A stretch of DNA of 64,000 nt from an uncultured Eubacteriales bacterium (GTDB lineage: Bacteria > Actinomycetota > Coriobacteriia > Anaerosomatales > PHET01): positions 5,635 through 69,634 of the forward strand of contig CAYOHY010000007.1 of NCBI GenBank assembly GCA_964403885.1, in the 5' to 3' direction. Below are positions 27,626-38,760 of this stretch, one piece after another. The notes under the pieces are model-generated. The model ran no database searches and had not been told where the DNA came from. It saw nothing but the letters and a program-made list of their open reading frames with translations. Numbering within the stretch: position 1 is the stretch's first letter; each line of letters begins with the position of its first letter. The position numbers and the translations under genes are program-made.

Positions 27626-28615
27626 CTAGTCCTTCATCTTTACGTCGAGAGCGTCACGAACACCGTCACCCAGCAGCGTGAACGCAAGCACGGTGAGCAG
27701 GATCGCGAGGCCCGGCCACAGCACGAGCCAAGGCTCGGTGGTCAGGAACGCGCGGCCGTCGTCGATCATGCGGCCCCACGAGATGGACGGCGGCTGCACG
27801 CCCAGACCGAGGAACGACAGCGCCGCCTCGGTGAGGATCGCGCCACCGATCGACATGGTGGCGTAGACGACGATGGGCGCCACGGCGTTGGGGCCGATGT
27901 GGCGGAACATGAGACGGAAGTGGCTCGCGCCCAGAGCGCGACCGGCGTCCACGTAGTCGTTCTCCTTGACGGAGAGCACCGAGCTACGGAACAGACGGGC
28001 GAACGTAGGCCAGCCGAGAAGACCGATGGCCATGATCACCGGCCCTACGCCGCGCTGGTCCGGTGGCACAACCGCGAGGATGAGGATCGCGAACAGGATG
28101 TAGGGAAACGCGAGGAAGATGTCGGTGAAGCGCATGACGAACGCGTCGATCGTGCGACCGAAGTAGCCCGACACCGCACCCAAGGCGAGTCCGACGATCA
28201 CGGAGATGAACACCGCGACGATACCGACGGTGAGCGAGATGCGCGCGCCGTAGACCACGCGGCCGAAGATGTCGCGGCCAAGGTCGTCGGTGCCCATGGG
28301 ATGACCCGGCGACGGCGGCAGCAGGCGCTGCGTGGCGGCCTTCTGCGTGTCGATCGTGGTGGGGTCTCCGAAGTTCTGCGGCACCCACAGGTCTGCAGTG
28401 ATGGCCATGACCATCACGACGAGGATCCACGTGAGCGCGATGAGCGCCATCTTGTTGCGGCGCAGGCGATACCACGCGTCGCCCCACAACGTACGGGTCT
28501 CGTGAGAGATGTGTGCGGTCTCCTCGATAAGAGGAGAGCCTGAAACGACATTCGCGTGATAGTCGCTGACGCCTTCGTCCTGATGATCCTTCAGGGGAGT
28601 CTTCTGGTCAGTCAC
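27626..28615 (-). CDS. Peptide ABC transporter permease (OppC/DppC-like)
   Basis: Six-TM binding-protein-dependent transport permease pattern with an N-terminal extension. Adjacent to the other transporter genes. Confidence 0.85.
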   Translation of the reverse strand: MTDQKTPLKDHQDEGVSDYHANVVSGSPLIEETAHISHETRTLWGDAWYRLRRNKMALIALTWILVVMVMAITADLWVPQNFGDPTTIDTQKAATQRLLPPSPGHPMGTDDLGRDIFGRVVYGARISLTVGIVAVFISVIVGLALGAVSGYFGRTIDAFVMRFTDIFLAFPYILFAILILAVVPPDQRGVGPVIMAIGLLGWPTFARLFRSSVLSVKENDYVDAGRALGASHFRLMFRHIGPNAVAPIVVYATMSIGGAILTEAALSFLGLGVQPPSISWGRMIDDGRAFLTTEPWLVLWPGLAILLTVLAFTLLGDGVRDALDVKMKD

Positions 28616-28622
28616 GGTTCAC

Positions 28623-29630
28623 CTACTCCCCTGATCCACCGTAGCGGATCCTCGGATCGAGGAACGCATACGAGATGTCGACGATGAGGTTGACGATCAT
28701 GACGGCAAACAAGATGACCGTCACACCGCCGAACACGACGGGAAAGTCGCGCTGGAAGATCGACCGAGCGATCGTGAAGCCCACGCCCGGCCAGTTGAAG
28801 ACCGTCTCGGTAAGCACTGCGCCCGCGAGCATGGCCCCCAGGTCGAGACCGATGAAGGTGACGACGGGGATGAGGGCGTTCTTGAGCGAATGCTTCCACA
28901 GCACCTGGCTGCCGGAGAGTCCCTTGGCCTTGGCGGTGCGTACGTAGTCCTGGCCGGTGACCTCGAGCAGCTGGCTGCGCATGATGCGCGCCGCGTACGC
29001 CGTCGAGACCGAGGCCAGGGTGATGCCCGGCAGAATCAGGTAGGCGAACGGCGGAAACACGCCGGATGCGCCTGATATCGGCAGGTAGAACGTGCTGTTG
29101 GTGGCCTCTTTGAGCCAGATGCCGAAGAACCATTGCAGCATCAGGCCCAGCCAGAAGACCGGCAACGACACGAGGATCGACGTAGTGAGGGTGACGAAGA
29201 CATCCCAGAAGGAGTACCGCTTCACCGCCGAGATGATACCGGCACCGATGCCGACCACCACCTCGATCAAGATCGCGAAAAACGCGAGCTGAATGGTGTA
29301 GGGGTAGGTCTCTTGGAGGATTTCTGAGACCGGACGTCCGTTGTAGATCGATGTGCCCAGGTCAGGACCGGTCCACTCGAGGCTACCGTCCACGACCTTG
29401 ATGGGCATGAGGTCTTGCAGGTAGTGCAGGTACTGGATGTACCACGGGTCATCCAACCCGTACTGGGCGATGATCTGCGCCTTGAGCTCCGGCGAGATGG
29501 ACTTCTCGCCCAGGCGCATCTGGATGGGGTCAGCGCCCGGCATGTAGTTGGAGATCAAGAACAGGGCCAGCGTCACCCCGAGAAAGACCGGGATGAACTG
29601 CAGGATTCTTCGTGCGATGTATTGAGGCAT
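28623..29630 (-). CDS. Peptide ABC transporter permease (OppB/DppB-like)
   Basis: MPQYIARRILQFIPVFLGVTLALF is the typical OppB/DppB N-terminus, followed by the permease core. Confidence 0.85.
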   Translation of the reverse strand: MPQYIARRILQFIPVFLGVTLALFLISNYMPGADPIQMRLGEKSISPELKAQIIAQYGLDDPWYIQYLHYLQDLMPIKVVDGSLEWTGPDLGTSIYNGRPVSEILQETYPYTIQLAFFAILIEVVVGIGAGIISAVKRYSFWDVFVTLTTSILVSLPVFWLGLMLQWFFGIWLKEATNSTFYLPISGASGVFPPFAYLILPGITLASVSTAYAARIMRSQLLEVTGQDYVRTAKAKGLSGSQVLWKHSLKNALIPVVTFIGLDLGAMLAGAVLTETVFNWPGVGFTIARSIFQRDFPVVFGGVTVILFAVMIVNLIVDISYAFLDPRIRYGGSGE

Positions 29631-29728
29631 CAGATTCTTCCTGTCGGTTGCCTATCACGCAGGTGGCAGGACACCCCTGGTGCCCTGCCACCCCTCAATG
29701 CGTGATGCGCTACCCTCGATTACTTGTC

Positions 29729-31438
29729 TTACTTGGCGGCAGCGTTCGAGACCCAGACCTTCTGGAAGTTGCCCAGATACATGGGACCGAAGACGAAGTC
29801 GCGGATCTTGTCGGAACCGACGTGGTGATGCTTGTAGAACATGAGCGGGGCGACAGGATTGTCCGCACCGATCGTGGCGCTGATGTTCTCCATCTCGCCG
29901 ATACGAGTGGCACCATCGACAGTCGTCTCAGCCTTGGCGATGGACTCGTCCACGGCCGGGTTGTTGTAGAACGACTTGTTGTCGCCCGACTTGCTGTTGA
30001 ACAGCGAGTACAGGAAGTTGTAGGCGATCGGGTAGTCAGCGATCCAGCCAAGACGCGCCACCTGGTGCTGGCCGTCGTCGAGCTGCTTCAGGTACACGGG
30101 GAAGTCAGCGGACTGGAACTTGGAGTTGATGCCGATGGCCTTGAGGTCGGCCTGGACGAGCTCCATGATCTTCTCGTGACCGCCGCCGCTGTTGAACGAC
30201 AGGGTCATCTCCGGGAAGCCCTTGCCCTCGGGGTAGCCGGCGTCAGCCAGCGCCTTCTTGGCGGCCTCGGGATCGTACTTGGAGTCAGCCCACGCGCCAG
30301 CCTTGTAGCCAGCGATGCCCGGCGGCAGGATGTTGTCGGCCGGCTCGCGGGTGCCCTCGAAGACCGTGTCGCAGATCGCCTGGCGGTTGATGGCCAAAGA
30401 GATCGCCTTGCGCACGTTGGGATCGTCGTAGGGCTTCTTCTTGTTGTTGAAGATCAGGTAGTACGTGGAGTTCTCGGCGCCCAGGAGGACCTGCTTGCCC
30501 GGGTTGACGGTGTAGCCGTCGGCCGAGTCGCCGTACTTGGCCTGAGCGTCCTTGATCTTGCCCTCACCGATCTGGGTGAAGTCCAGGTTGCCCGCCTCGA
30601 ACTCGGTGTAGGCGGTCTCCGGGTCCTTGAAGATCTTGAACTCGACGCCATCGAGGTACGGCTGGTCGCCCGTGCCGTAGTTCTCGTTGCGCACGACCTT
30701 GATGTACTGGTTGTGCTTCCACGGCTCGGCCATCTTGAAGGGACCGTTGCCGATGGGCATCTCGCCGTAGGCGACCTTCTCGCCGTTGAAGTCGACGCCC
30801 TCTTCGACCGCCTTCTGCGGCACCGGCGCGAGGGCCGGGTGAGCCACGACGTACTCGAAGTCAGCGAACGGCTGCGACAGCGTGACCTCGAGGGTCGTGT
30901 CGTCGACGGCCTTGAGGCCAGACATCTCGGTGACCTTGCTGCCCTCAGCGGTTACCTCGTCGAAGCCCTTGATGAAGCCAAGGTGGTACGAGATGACCGA
31001 CGGGTCAGCCTTCTTGGTGGCGGTGTTGATGGTGCCGGGGTTCGCCATGCGGTTCCACGCGTAGACGAAGTCCTTGGCGGTGACGGGGGTGCCGTCGGAG
31101 AACTTGCCGTTGGGGTTGAGCTTGAAGGTCCACACCGTCGCGTCGTCGTTGGACTCCCACGACTCGGCAGCTGCCGGCACGACCTTGCTCGGGTCGAGAT
31201 CGTCGAAGGCGGTCAGGCCATCAAAGAGCGTCTGCTCGACCTGGGTGCCCTCGGACTCCTGCGTGTTGTACGGATCGATGTAGGCCGGCTCGCCGATGTA
31301 GAACGACATCGAACCGCCCTTGGTGGGCTGATCAGCTGCGGGCTGATCGGTGCCCGTCTTCTTCGGCGCACAGCCGCCCGCTCCCGCCACAGAGGCCATC
31401 AGGCCCATGGCGAGCAGGACGGCCAACGCCTTGCGCAT
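29729..31438 (-). CDS. Family-5 peptide/nickel ABC substrate-binding lipoprotein
   Basis: Start set at ATG 31438 (MRKALAVLLAMGLMASVAGAGGC, with a lipobox Cys), with GAAGGAGG upstream. The body matches the SBP_bac_5 pattern (FKLNPNGKFSDGTPVTAKDF...). Confidence 0.85.
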   Translation of the reverse strand: MRKALAVLLAMGLMASVAGAGGCAPKKTGTDQPAADQPTKGGSMSFYIGEPAYIDPYNTQESEGTQVEQTLFDGLTAFDDLDPSKVVPAAAESWESNDDATVWTFKLNPNGKFSDGTPVTAKDFVYAWNRMANPGTINTATKKADPSVISYHLGFIKGFDEVTAEGSKVTEMSGLKAVDDTTLEVTLSQPFADFEYVVAHPALAPVPQKAVEEGVDFNGEKVAYGEMPIGNGPFKMAEPWKHNQYIKVVRNENYGTGDQPYLDGVEFKIFKDPETAYTEFEAGNLDFTQIGEGKIKDAQAKYGDSADGYTVNPGKQVLLGAENSTYYLIFNNKKKPYDDPNVRKAISLAINRQAICDTVFEGTREPADNILPPGIAGYKAGAWADSKYDPEAAKKALADAGYPEGKGFPEMTLSFNSGGGHEKIMELVQADLKAIGINSKFQSADFPVYLKQLDDGQHQVARLGWIADYPIAYNFLYSLFNSKSGDNKSFYNNPAVDESIAKAETTVDGATRIGEMENISATIGADNPVAPLMFYKHHHVGSDKIRDFVFGPMYLGNFQKVWVSNAAAK

Positions 31439-31705
31439 GTGTCCGTGCACTCCTGCCTCCTTCATATCGCAACGCTTCCCGACCGGTCTTGCGACGGCCT
31501 CGGCCGACGAAGAACGGCCCCTCTTGTCCTCGTGGTCCCGGGCGCCACACACGCGTTCCCTCTGGCGTCAGGACAACCCTGAAAGTGTCCCCGAGAATGC
31601 ATCAAATGACAAGCCCGTTGCATAGACTCGTCGGTGCATGTCGCAGGGTACCTCCGCAGACCACGACCTAGTCCCAGTATCTTCCCGAAATCGACGGAAA
31701 GCAAA

Positions 31706-31737
31706 GCAAAAAGCCCGGCGCTGCGTGAGCACCGGGC
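31706..31737 (-). terminator. Rho-independent terminator after secG
   Basis: The minus strand reads GCCCGGTGC-tcacgca-GCGCCGGGC-TTTTTGC: a 9-bp stem (one G-U pair), a 7-nt loop and a T-tract, 26 nt after the secG stop. Confidence 0.7.
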
Positions 31738-31762
31738 ATTTTGAGGTGACGTGCGATGGGGC

Positions 31763-32011
31763 CTACAGGCCGCCCTTGGGGTAGATGACCATGAGGATCA
31801 GCAGGCTCACCATGAATGCGGTGGCGAAGCCGATCGTGATGCGGTCGAGGTTCTTCTCGATGATGCTGGTGCCCGAAGACGTGGGAGTCATGACTCCACC
31901 GAGCATCTCGGAAAGACCGGTGCCCTTACCGGAGTGAAGCAGGACGAACACGATGAGGCCGATGGACGAGATCGCCCACACGATCATCACGATGACGAGA
32001 AACGGATTCAC
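31763..32011 (-). CDS. secG: Preprotein translocase subunit SecG
   Basis: An 82-aa two-TM protein with the LLHSGKGTGLS motif. GTG 32011 has GAAGGAG upstream. The track ORF start (32098) is an extension. Confidence 0.85.
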   Translation of the reverse strand: MNPFLVIVMIVWAISSIGLIVFVLLHSGKGTGLSEMLGGVMTPTSSGTSIIEKNLDRITIGFATAFMVSLLILMVIYPKGGL

Positions 32012-32067
32012 GAAGAATCTCCTTCGAATAGTCAGCAACAACGGGCACCGAAGCGCCACGCGGTGCA

Positions 32068-33588
32068 TCAGTATACCAGCAGACTGCGCCCCGTCCACTC
32101 CAAGGGTTTCTCTATACCCAGCAACTCGACAAGAGTGGGTGCGACATCCGCGAGCGTGCCGTCACCGGCGACCGCGGTGACCCCGTCGGCGGCCACGAGG
32201 AAGGGCACGCGGCTCGTCGTGTGGGCCGTGAACGGCGTAGAGCCGTCGGGGTCCACCATCGCCTCAGCGTTGCCGTGGTCGGCGGTGATCAGGACCGCGC
32301 CGCCACGCGCTCTGATCGCCGAGACGACGGCACCCACTCCTGCATCGACGGCCTCGACCGCACGCACCGCGGCCTCGAACACGCCCGTGTGCCCCACCAT
32401 GTCGCAGTTGGCGTAGTTGACGATGTAGACCTCGGCGTCATCTCGCTCGATGGCGGCCAGAAGCTCGCTCGTGACCTCGGGGGCGCTCATCTCGGGCTTG
32501 AGGTCGTAGGTGGAGACCTTGGGGCTCGGCACGAGGATGCGTGTCTCCCCCGCCTTAGGGGTCTCGGCGCCGCCGTTGAGGAAGAACGTCACGTGCGCGT
32601 ACTTCTCGGTCTCGGCGATGTGCAGCTGGCGAAGGCCGTTCTCCGCGAGCACGTCGGCGAGCACGTGCTCCGGAAGCGACTTGCCGAACGCGACCTGTGC
32701 GGGAATCGTGGGGTCGTACTCGGTGAGACAGATGAAGTGGGTGTGCGGTTGCACCGGACGATCGAACCCCTCGAACGCGGGGTCGACGAACGCACGCGTG
32801 ATCTCACGCGCGCGGTCCGGCCGGAAGTTGAAGAAGATGAGCGTGTCGTCATCGGTGATGCGCGCGGGCGCGACGATGGCAGGCTCGACGAACTCGTCGT
32901 TGATGCCGGCGGCGTAGGAGGCCTCGATGGCGCTCGTCGCGTCGTCGGCCGGGACGCCCTCGCCCAAGACGAGCGCCCTCCACGCCTTCTCGACGCGATC
33001 CCAGCGGTTGTCGCGGTCCATGGCGTAGTAGCGGCCCATCACCGTGGCGACGCGGCCCACACCGATGCGCTGCAGTTGCGCCTCGAGCGCGCGCACGTAG
33101 CCGAGCCCGCTCGCCGGGGGCGTGTCTCGGCCATCGAGAAAGCAGTGCACGAACACGTCGCGCGCCCCACGCGAAGCGGCGAGCTCGACGAGTGCGTACA
33201 GGTGATTCTCGTGGCTGTGCACGCCGCCGTCGGACACGAGGCCCATGAGGTGGACCGCCCGGCCCGCCGAGACGGCCGCGTCGATGCCCGCGCACAGCAC
33301 GGGGTTGGCGAACAGCGACCGGTCCTTGATGGCGAGGTCGATGCGGGTGAGCTCCTGATATACCGTGCGCCCGGCGCCGATGTTGAGGTGGCCGACCTCG
33401 GAGTTGCCCATCTGCCCCTCGGGCAGCCCCACCGCCAGACCCGACGCATCGAGTGTGGTGTGGGGGTACCTCGCGAACAGCTCGTCGAGGTGCGGCTTAC
33501 GTGCGGCCGCGATGGCGTTGCCACCGGCCGAGGCCGCGGTCCCGAAGCCGTCCATGATCACGAGCAGTGCCGGGGTGTTGCGCGCCAT
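32068..33588 (-). CDS. gpmI: 2,3-bisphosphoglycerate-independent phosphoglycerate mutase
   Basis: LLVIMDGFG, NSEVGHLNIGAGR, GLVSDGGVHSH and ITADHGNAE motifs. 506 aa. Confidence 0.95.
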   Translation of the reverse strand: MARNTPALLVIMDGFGTAASAGGNAIAAARKPHLDELFARYPHTTLDASGLAVGLPEGQMGNSEVGHLNIGAGRTVYQELTRIDLAIKDRSLFANPVLCAGIDAAVSAGRAVHLMGLVSDGGVHSHENHLYALVELAASRGARDVFVHCFLDGRDTPPASGLGYVRALEAQLQRIGVGRVATVMGRYYAMDRDNRWDRVEKAWRALVLGEGVPADDATSAIEASYAAGINDEFVEPAIVAPARITDDDTLIFFNFRPDRAREITRAFVDPAFEGFDRPVQPHTHFICLTEYDPTIPAQVAFGKSLPEHVLADVLAENGLRQLHIAETEKYAHVTFFLNGGAETPKAGETRILVPSPKVSTYDLKPEMSAPEVTSELLAAIERDDAEVYIVNYANCDMVGHTGVFEAAVRAVEAVDAGVGAVVSAIRARGGAVLITADHGNAEAMVDPDGSTPFTAHTTSRVPFLVAADGVTAVAGDGTLADVAPTLVELLGIEKPLEWTGRSLLVY

Positions 33589-33591
33589 GCG

Positions 33592-34377
33592 TCAGCTCAC
33601 GTGCTCGGACGCGACCTTGAGCATGCGCACGAACGACGCCGCATCGAGGCTCGCGCCGCCCACGAGGGCGCCGTCGATGTCGGGCTCAGGCATGAACAGG
33701 CCGATGTTCTCAGGCTTGGCGGAACCTCCGTAGAGGATGCGCACCTGGATGGCGACCGGCTGGCCGAACAGAGCGCCCACGGTCGCGCGGATCGCGCGAC
33801 AGGTGTCGTTGGCGGCCTCAGGCGTGGGAGTGAGCCCCGTGCCGATGGCCCAGATCGGCTCATACGCGATGACGATACCGGCGGCCTGCTCGGCGGTGAG
33901 GCCCGCGAGCCCACCGAGGATCTGCTCACGCACGAACTTGTCGGTCTCGCCCGCCTCGCGGGTCTCCAGCGACTCACCGCAGCACATGATGGGCGTGATG
34001 CCGGCGGCGAGCAGCGCGTGGACCTTCTTGTTCACGGTGTCGTTGGTCTCGCAGAAGTACTCGCGACGCTCGGAGTGACCCACCACGCAGTAGGTGCAGC
34101 CGATGTCGGCGAGCATGCCCGGCGACACCTCGCCCGTGTAGGCGCCCTCGGACTCCCAGTGCACGTTCTGAGCGGCGAGCTTGACCGCGGACTTGTCGAA
34201 CTCGAACACCGTCGCGACGCTCTTGAGGTCCACGAACGGCGGACAGACGACCGCCTCGACCTCGCCTACGAGCTCCGCGTCGTAGAGCTCGTTGTCGATG
34301 CCCTGCGCGAGCGAGACCGCCTCGGCGGGCGTCTTGTACATCTTCCAGTTGCCGGCGATCATCGGCGTGCGGCCCAT
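33592..34377 (-). CDS. tpiA: Triosephosphate isomerase
   Basis: IAGNWKM, VGHSERR, AYEPIWAIGTG and ILYGGS motifs. Confidence 0.95.
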   Translation of the reverse strand: MGRTPMIAGNWKMYKTPAEAVSLAQGIDNELYDAELVGEVEAVVCPPFVDLKSVATVFEFDKSAVKLAAQNVHWESEGAYTGEVSPGMLADIGCTYCVVGHSERREYFCETNDTVNKKVHALLAAGITPIMCCGESLETREAGETDKFVREQILGGLAGLTAEQAAGIVIAYEPIWAIGTGLTPTPEAANDTCRAIRATVGALFGQPVAIQVRILYGGSAKPENIGLFMPEPDIDGALVGGASLDAASFVRMLKVASEHVS

Positions 34378-34441
34378 GACCTCTCCCCTTTCAGCCGCGC
34401 GGGTGCGGCGGTAGACCGGCCGGACACGGCCGGTTCGCAGT

Positions 34442-35629
34442 CTACTTGTCGAGCAGCGCTTCGAGGCCCGGAAGCGGAGCGCCCTCGAGAAGCTTCATCG
34501 AGGCGCCGCCTCCCGTCGACACGAAGGTCACGCGATCCTCGAGACCGAACTTCTTGAGCGCAGCCACCGAGTCACCGCCGCCGATGATCGACGCAGCACG
34601 GTTGTTGCGACCCACGGCGACCGCGACCTCTTTGGTGCCGCTCTCGAACGGCGCCATCTCGAACACGCCCATGGGACCGTTCCAGAAGATCGTCTTCGCG
34701 GCCGAGATCTCGCCCTTGTACAGCTCGATCGACGACGGGCCGATGTCGAGGCCCATCATGCCCACGGGGATCTCCTCGCGACCCACCACGCGGGTGTCGG
34801 CGTCCTCGGCGATCTCGGCGGCGATCACGAAGTCGGTGGGAAGCACGAGGTCACAGCCCTTGGCCTCGGCCTTGAGCAGCATCTTCTTGGCGGGCTCGAC
34901 CCAGTCGGCCTCGACGAGCGAGTTGCCCACCTCGATACCCTTGGCCACGAGGAACGTGAACGCCATGCCGCCACCGATGAGCAGCGTGTCCACGCAGTCG
35001 ATGAGGCGGTCGATGACCCCGAACTTGTCGGAGACCTTCGAGCCGCCGAGGATGGCGACGAAGGGGCGCTCGGGGTCGGCGAGCATGCCCGAGAGCGTCT
35101 CGATCTCGCGGGCGAGCAGCAGTCCGGCGTAGGCCGGCAGGAACTCGGCGATGCCCGCGGTCGATGCGTGCGCACGGTGCGCGGCGCCGAACGCGTCGTT
35201 GACGTAGATGTCGCCCAGCTTCGCGAGCGCGCGGGCGAACTGCGGGTCGTTGGCCTTCTCGCCCGGGTTGAAGCGGACGTTCTCGAGCATGAGGATCTCG
35301 CCGTCCACCATGCGGGAGACGGCCTCCTCGGCGTCCGCGCCCACCGTGTGGTCGACGAAGATCACGTTGCGGCCGATGAGGCGCTGCAGGGTGCGGCGCA
35401 CCGGGCGCAGCGAGTACTGCGGGTCCGGCTCACCCTTGGGGCGGCCCAGGTGGCTCATGAGGATGACCTTGGCGCCGTGGTCGACGAGGTAGCGGACGGT
35501 GGGCAGTGCGGCGCGCACGCGGGTGTCATCGGTGACGGAACCCTCGTGCAGCGGCACGTTGAAGTCCACGCGCACGAGCACGCGCTTGCCTCGGACATCG
35601 ACATCTTTGACGGTCTTCTTCGAGAACAT
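34442..35629 (-). CDS. pgk: Phosphoglycerate kinase
   Basis: RVDFNVP, SHLGRPKG, GGSKVSDK and GGGDS motifs. 395 aa. Confidence 0.95.
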   Translation of the reverse strand: MFSKKTVKDVDVRGKRVLVRVDFNVPLHEGSVTDDTRVRAALPTVRYLVDHGAKVILMSHLGRPKGEPDPQYSLRPVRRTLQRLIGRNVIFVDHTVGADAEEAVSRMVDGEILMLENVRFNPGEKANDPQFARALAKLGDIYVNDAFGAAHRAHASTAGIAEFLPAYAGLLLAREIETLSGMLADPERPFVAILGGSKVSDKFGVIDRLIDCVDTLLIGGGMAFTFLVAKGIEVGNSLVEADWVEPAKKMLLKAEAKGCDLVLPTDFVIAAEIAEDADTRVVGREEIPVGMMGLDIGPSSIELYKGEISAAKTIFWNGPMGVFEMAPFESGTKEVAVAVGRNNRAASIIGGGDSVAALKKFGLEDRVTFVSTGGGASMKLLEGAPLPGLEALLDK

Positions 35630-35713
35630 GCTTCCTCCGGGTAGAGCGGATGCTTCACAGGTGAAACGGGGCCCCGTCAGGGGCCCCGTCGCTGTCGTAC
35701 CGGGTGTGCGTGA

Positions 35714-36805
<1,092 letters not shown>

Positions 36806-36840
36806 CTACACGCGCAGACACTGAGAGTCGTGCGCGATCC

Positions 36841-37797
36841 CTACCCTTCCCCGGGTGCTGCAGGCATCTCGCCGCGCACCTCTTCCGCCATCTCTTCGAT
36901 GCGGCGGACCCTATGATATACCGCCGACTTGGAAAGCGGCGGGTCTGCGAGCTCCCCAAGCTCCCTCAAAGAGACATCAGGGTTCGCGATCCTGAGCTCC
37001 GCGAGCTCGCGAAGCGCAGGCGGAAGATTCTCAAAGCCCTTGACCGCGGCGAGCAGCTCGATGGCCTCGATCTGGCCGAGCGCGGCCTCGGCGGTCTTCT
37101 GCTGATTGGCGATCTCGGCGTTCACCAGGCGGTTCACGTCGTTTCGCATCGACTTGATGATGCGAACGTCCTCGGTGCGCAGCAGGGCCCGATGGGCCCC
37201 TACCAGCGCGAGGAACGTGATGATGGGCTCGGCGCCTTTGAGGTAGACCGCGAAGGTGCCGCGTCGCTTGGCCACACGCGCCTCGATGTCGAAGCGGGTC
37301 ATCAGCTTCACGAGGTCCTCGGCGAGCTGCTCGGACTCCGCCGTGAGCTCGAAGTGGAAGTCACCGTGGGGGTCGGCCACGAAGCCGCCGCCCAGGAACG
37401 CTCCGCGCAGGTACGCGATCGCGCAGCACTCGCGCTTCACGAGCGCGGGGTCGATGCCCAGCGAGAAGCCGGTGTCGCCCATGATGCCCAGGTCGCGCAG
37501 CGCGGCGGGTAGCTTGGGCTGCGTGGGCACCGTGATGAGGTAGTTGTTGGTCTTGTGCAGCACGCTGCGCCGCACGGTGAGCTCGGTCTTGACCCCGTAT
37601 ACCTTGTGCAGGAGCTTGATGACCGTGCGCGCCACCGGGGCGGTCTCGGTCGCCACCTCGAGGCGGTAGCGGTCAGGGCCCGAGATATGCAGGGTGCCCT
37701 CGATGCGCACGAGTGCCGCCAGCTCCGCCTTGCTGCAGCAGCCGCGGACCGGCTCGACGCGAGAGAGCTCGTCTTTCACCTCGGCGGTGAACGACAC
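36841..37797 (-). CDS. whiA: DNA-binding protein WhiA
   Basis: MSFTAEVKDEL N-terminus, a degenerate LAGLIDADG-like core, and a C-terminal HTH (SKSAVYHRVRRIEE). Conserved position after yvcK. Confidence 0.9.
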   Translation of the reverse strand: MSFTAEVKDELSRVEPVRGCCSKAELAALVRIEGTLHISGPDRYRLEVATETAPVARTVIKLLHKVYGVKTELTVRRSVLHKTNNYLITVPTQPKLPAALRDLGIMGDTGFSLGIDPALVKRECCAIAYLRGAFLGGGFVADPHGDFHFELTAESEQLAEDLVKLMTRFDIEARVAKRRGTFAVYLKGAEPIITFLALVGAHRALLRTEDVRIIKSMRNDVNRLVNAEIANQQKTAEAALGQIEAIELLAAVKGFENLPPALRELAELRIANPDVSLRELGELADPPLSKSAVYHRVRRIEEMAEEVRGEMPAAPGEG

Positions 37798-38760
37798 CTA
37801 CGAAAGCACCTCCTCGAGCACACGGCTCAGCGGCTCGCGCGCATGACGGGCGGGCCGGTCAGGGTCGGCGAGGTTCGCGGGGACGACCCGCACACCCCGC
37901 GCGTCGATGCGAGCGCGGACCTCGGCATCCGCGATCACCGGCTCGATCACGGCGCCATCATCGCATACCACGGCGGGCGGGCACTCACCCTCGTGGACGA
38001 TGACCGCGTCGAGTGCGCCTTCGAGACCGTGGTCGAGCAAGGCCTCCACGTGATCGGCCGCATCCAGCCCGGCGGTCTCCCCGCGCATGTTGGCCACGTT
38101 GCACACGTAGACCCGGGTGGCCGAGGAGTCGCGCAGCGCGTCAGCGACGCCGGCGACGAGGAAGTTGGGGATGATGCTCGTGTAGAGCGAGCCGGGCCCG
38201 ATGACGATCACGTCGGCGTCCGCGATCGCGGCAAGCGCCTCGGGGTTCGCAGGCGGATCGACCGGCTCGAGGAACGCGCGCTCCACCGCGATGGGATTGG
38301 CGGCCAGCAGCGCCTGGCCGAACACCTCGGCGCCGTCGCGGTCCACGCCGTGGAGACGGACGTCCGCGAGCGTCGACGGCAGGACGCGGCCGCGCGCACC
38401 CAGATAGCCCTCGGCGAGCCGCACCGCCTCGGCGAAGTCGCCGCTCAGGTCCGCGAGCGCCGCGAGGATGAGGTTGCCGAGCGCGTGGCCGGCAAGCCCC
38501 TCACCGTTGGGGAACCGGTACTGGAAGACGCGCGCCAGCATGCCTTCCTCGTCACCCGCAAGAGCGACGAGGCAGTTACGGACATCCCCCGGCGGCAGGA
38601 TGCCGAGCTGCTCGCGCAGCACTCCCGAGGAACCGCCGTCGTCGGCCATGGTGACGATGGCGCTCGTCTCGAACCCGAGGTCGACAAGCGTGCGAAGAAC
38701 CTGCGGCAGCCCTGTGCCGCCGCCGATGGCGACGGCGCGGCGTCCGGAACCAACACTCAT
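37798..38760 (-). CDS. yvcK: YvcK/CuvA (CofD-like) gluconeogenesis/cell-shape factor
   Basis: AIGGGTGLPQVLR motif. The start ATG 38760 forms an ATGA overlap with the rapZ stop. The track ORF start (38955) is an extension. Confidence 0.9.
   Translation of the reverse strand: MSVGSGRRAVAIGGGTGLPQVLRTLVDLGFETSAIVTMADDGGSSGVLREQLGILPPGDVRNCLVALAGDEEGMLARVFQYRFPNGEGLAGHALGNLILAALADLSGDFAEAVRLAEGYLGARGRVLPSTLADVRLHGVDRDGAEVFGQALLAANPIAVERAFLEPVDPPANPEALAAIADADVIVIGPGSLYTSIIPNFLVAGVADALRDSSATRVYVCNVANMRGETAGLDAADHVEALLDHGLEGALDAVIVHEGECPPAVVCDDGAVIEPVIADAEVRARIDARGVRVVPANLADPDRPARHAREPLSRVLEEVLS

Noticed and set aside
35666-35689. GC-rich perfect hairpin ACGGGGCCCC-tgac-GGGGCCCCGT between gap and pgk, and a similar one at 34415..34434 between pgk and tpiA.
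   Set aside because: No U-tract follows either hairpin. The genes are a classical co-transcribed glycolytic operon, so these are probably mRNA-stability or processing elements at most, not terminators.
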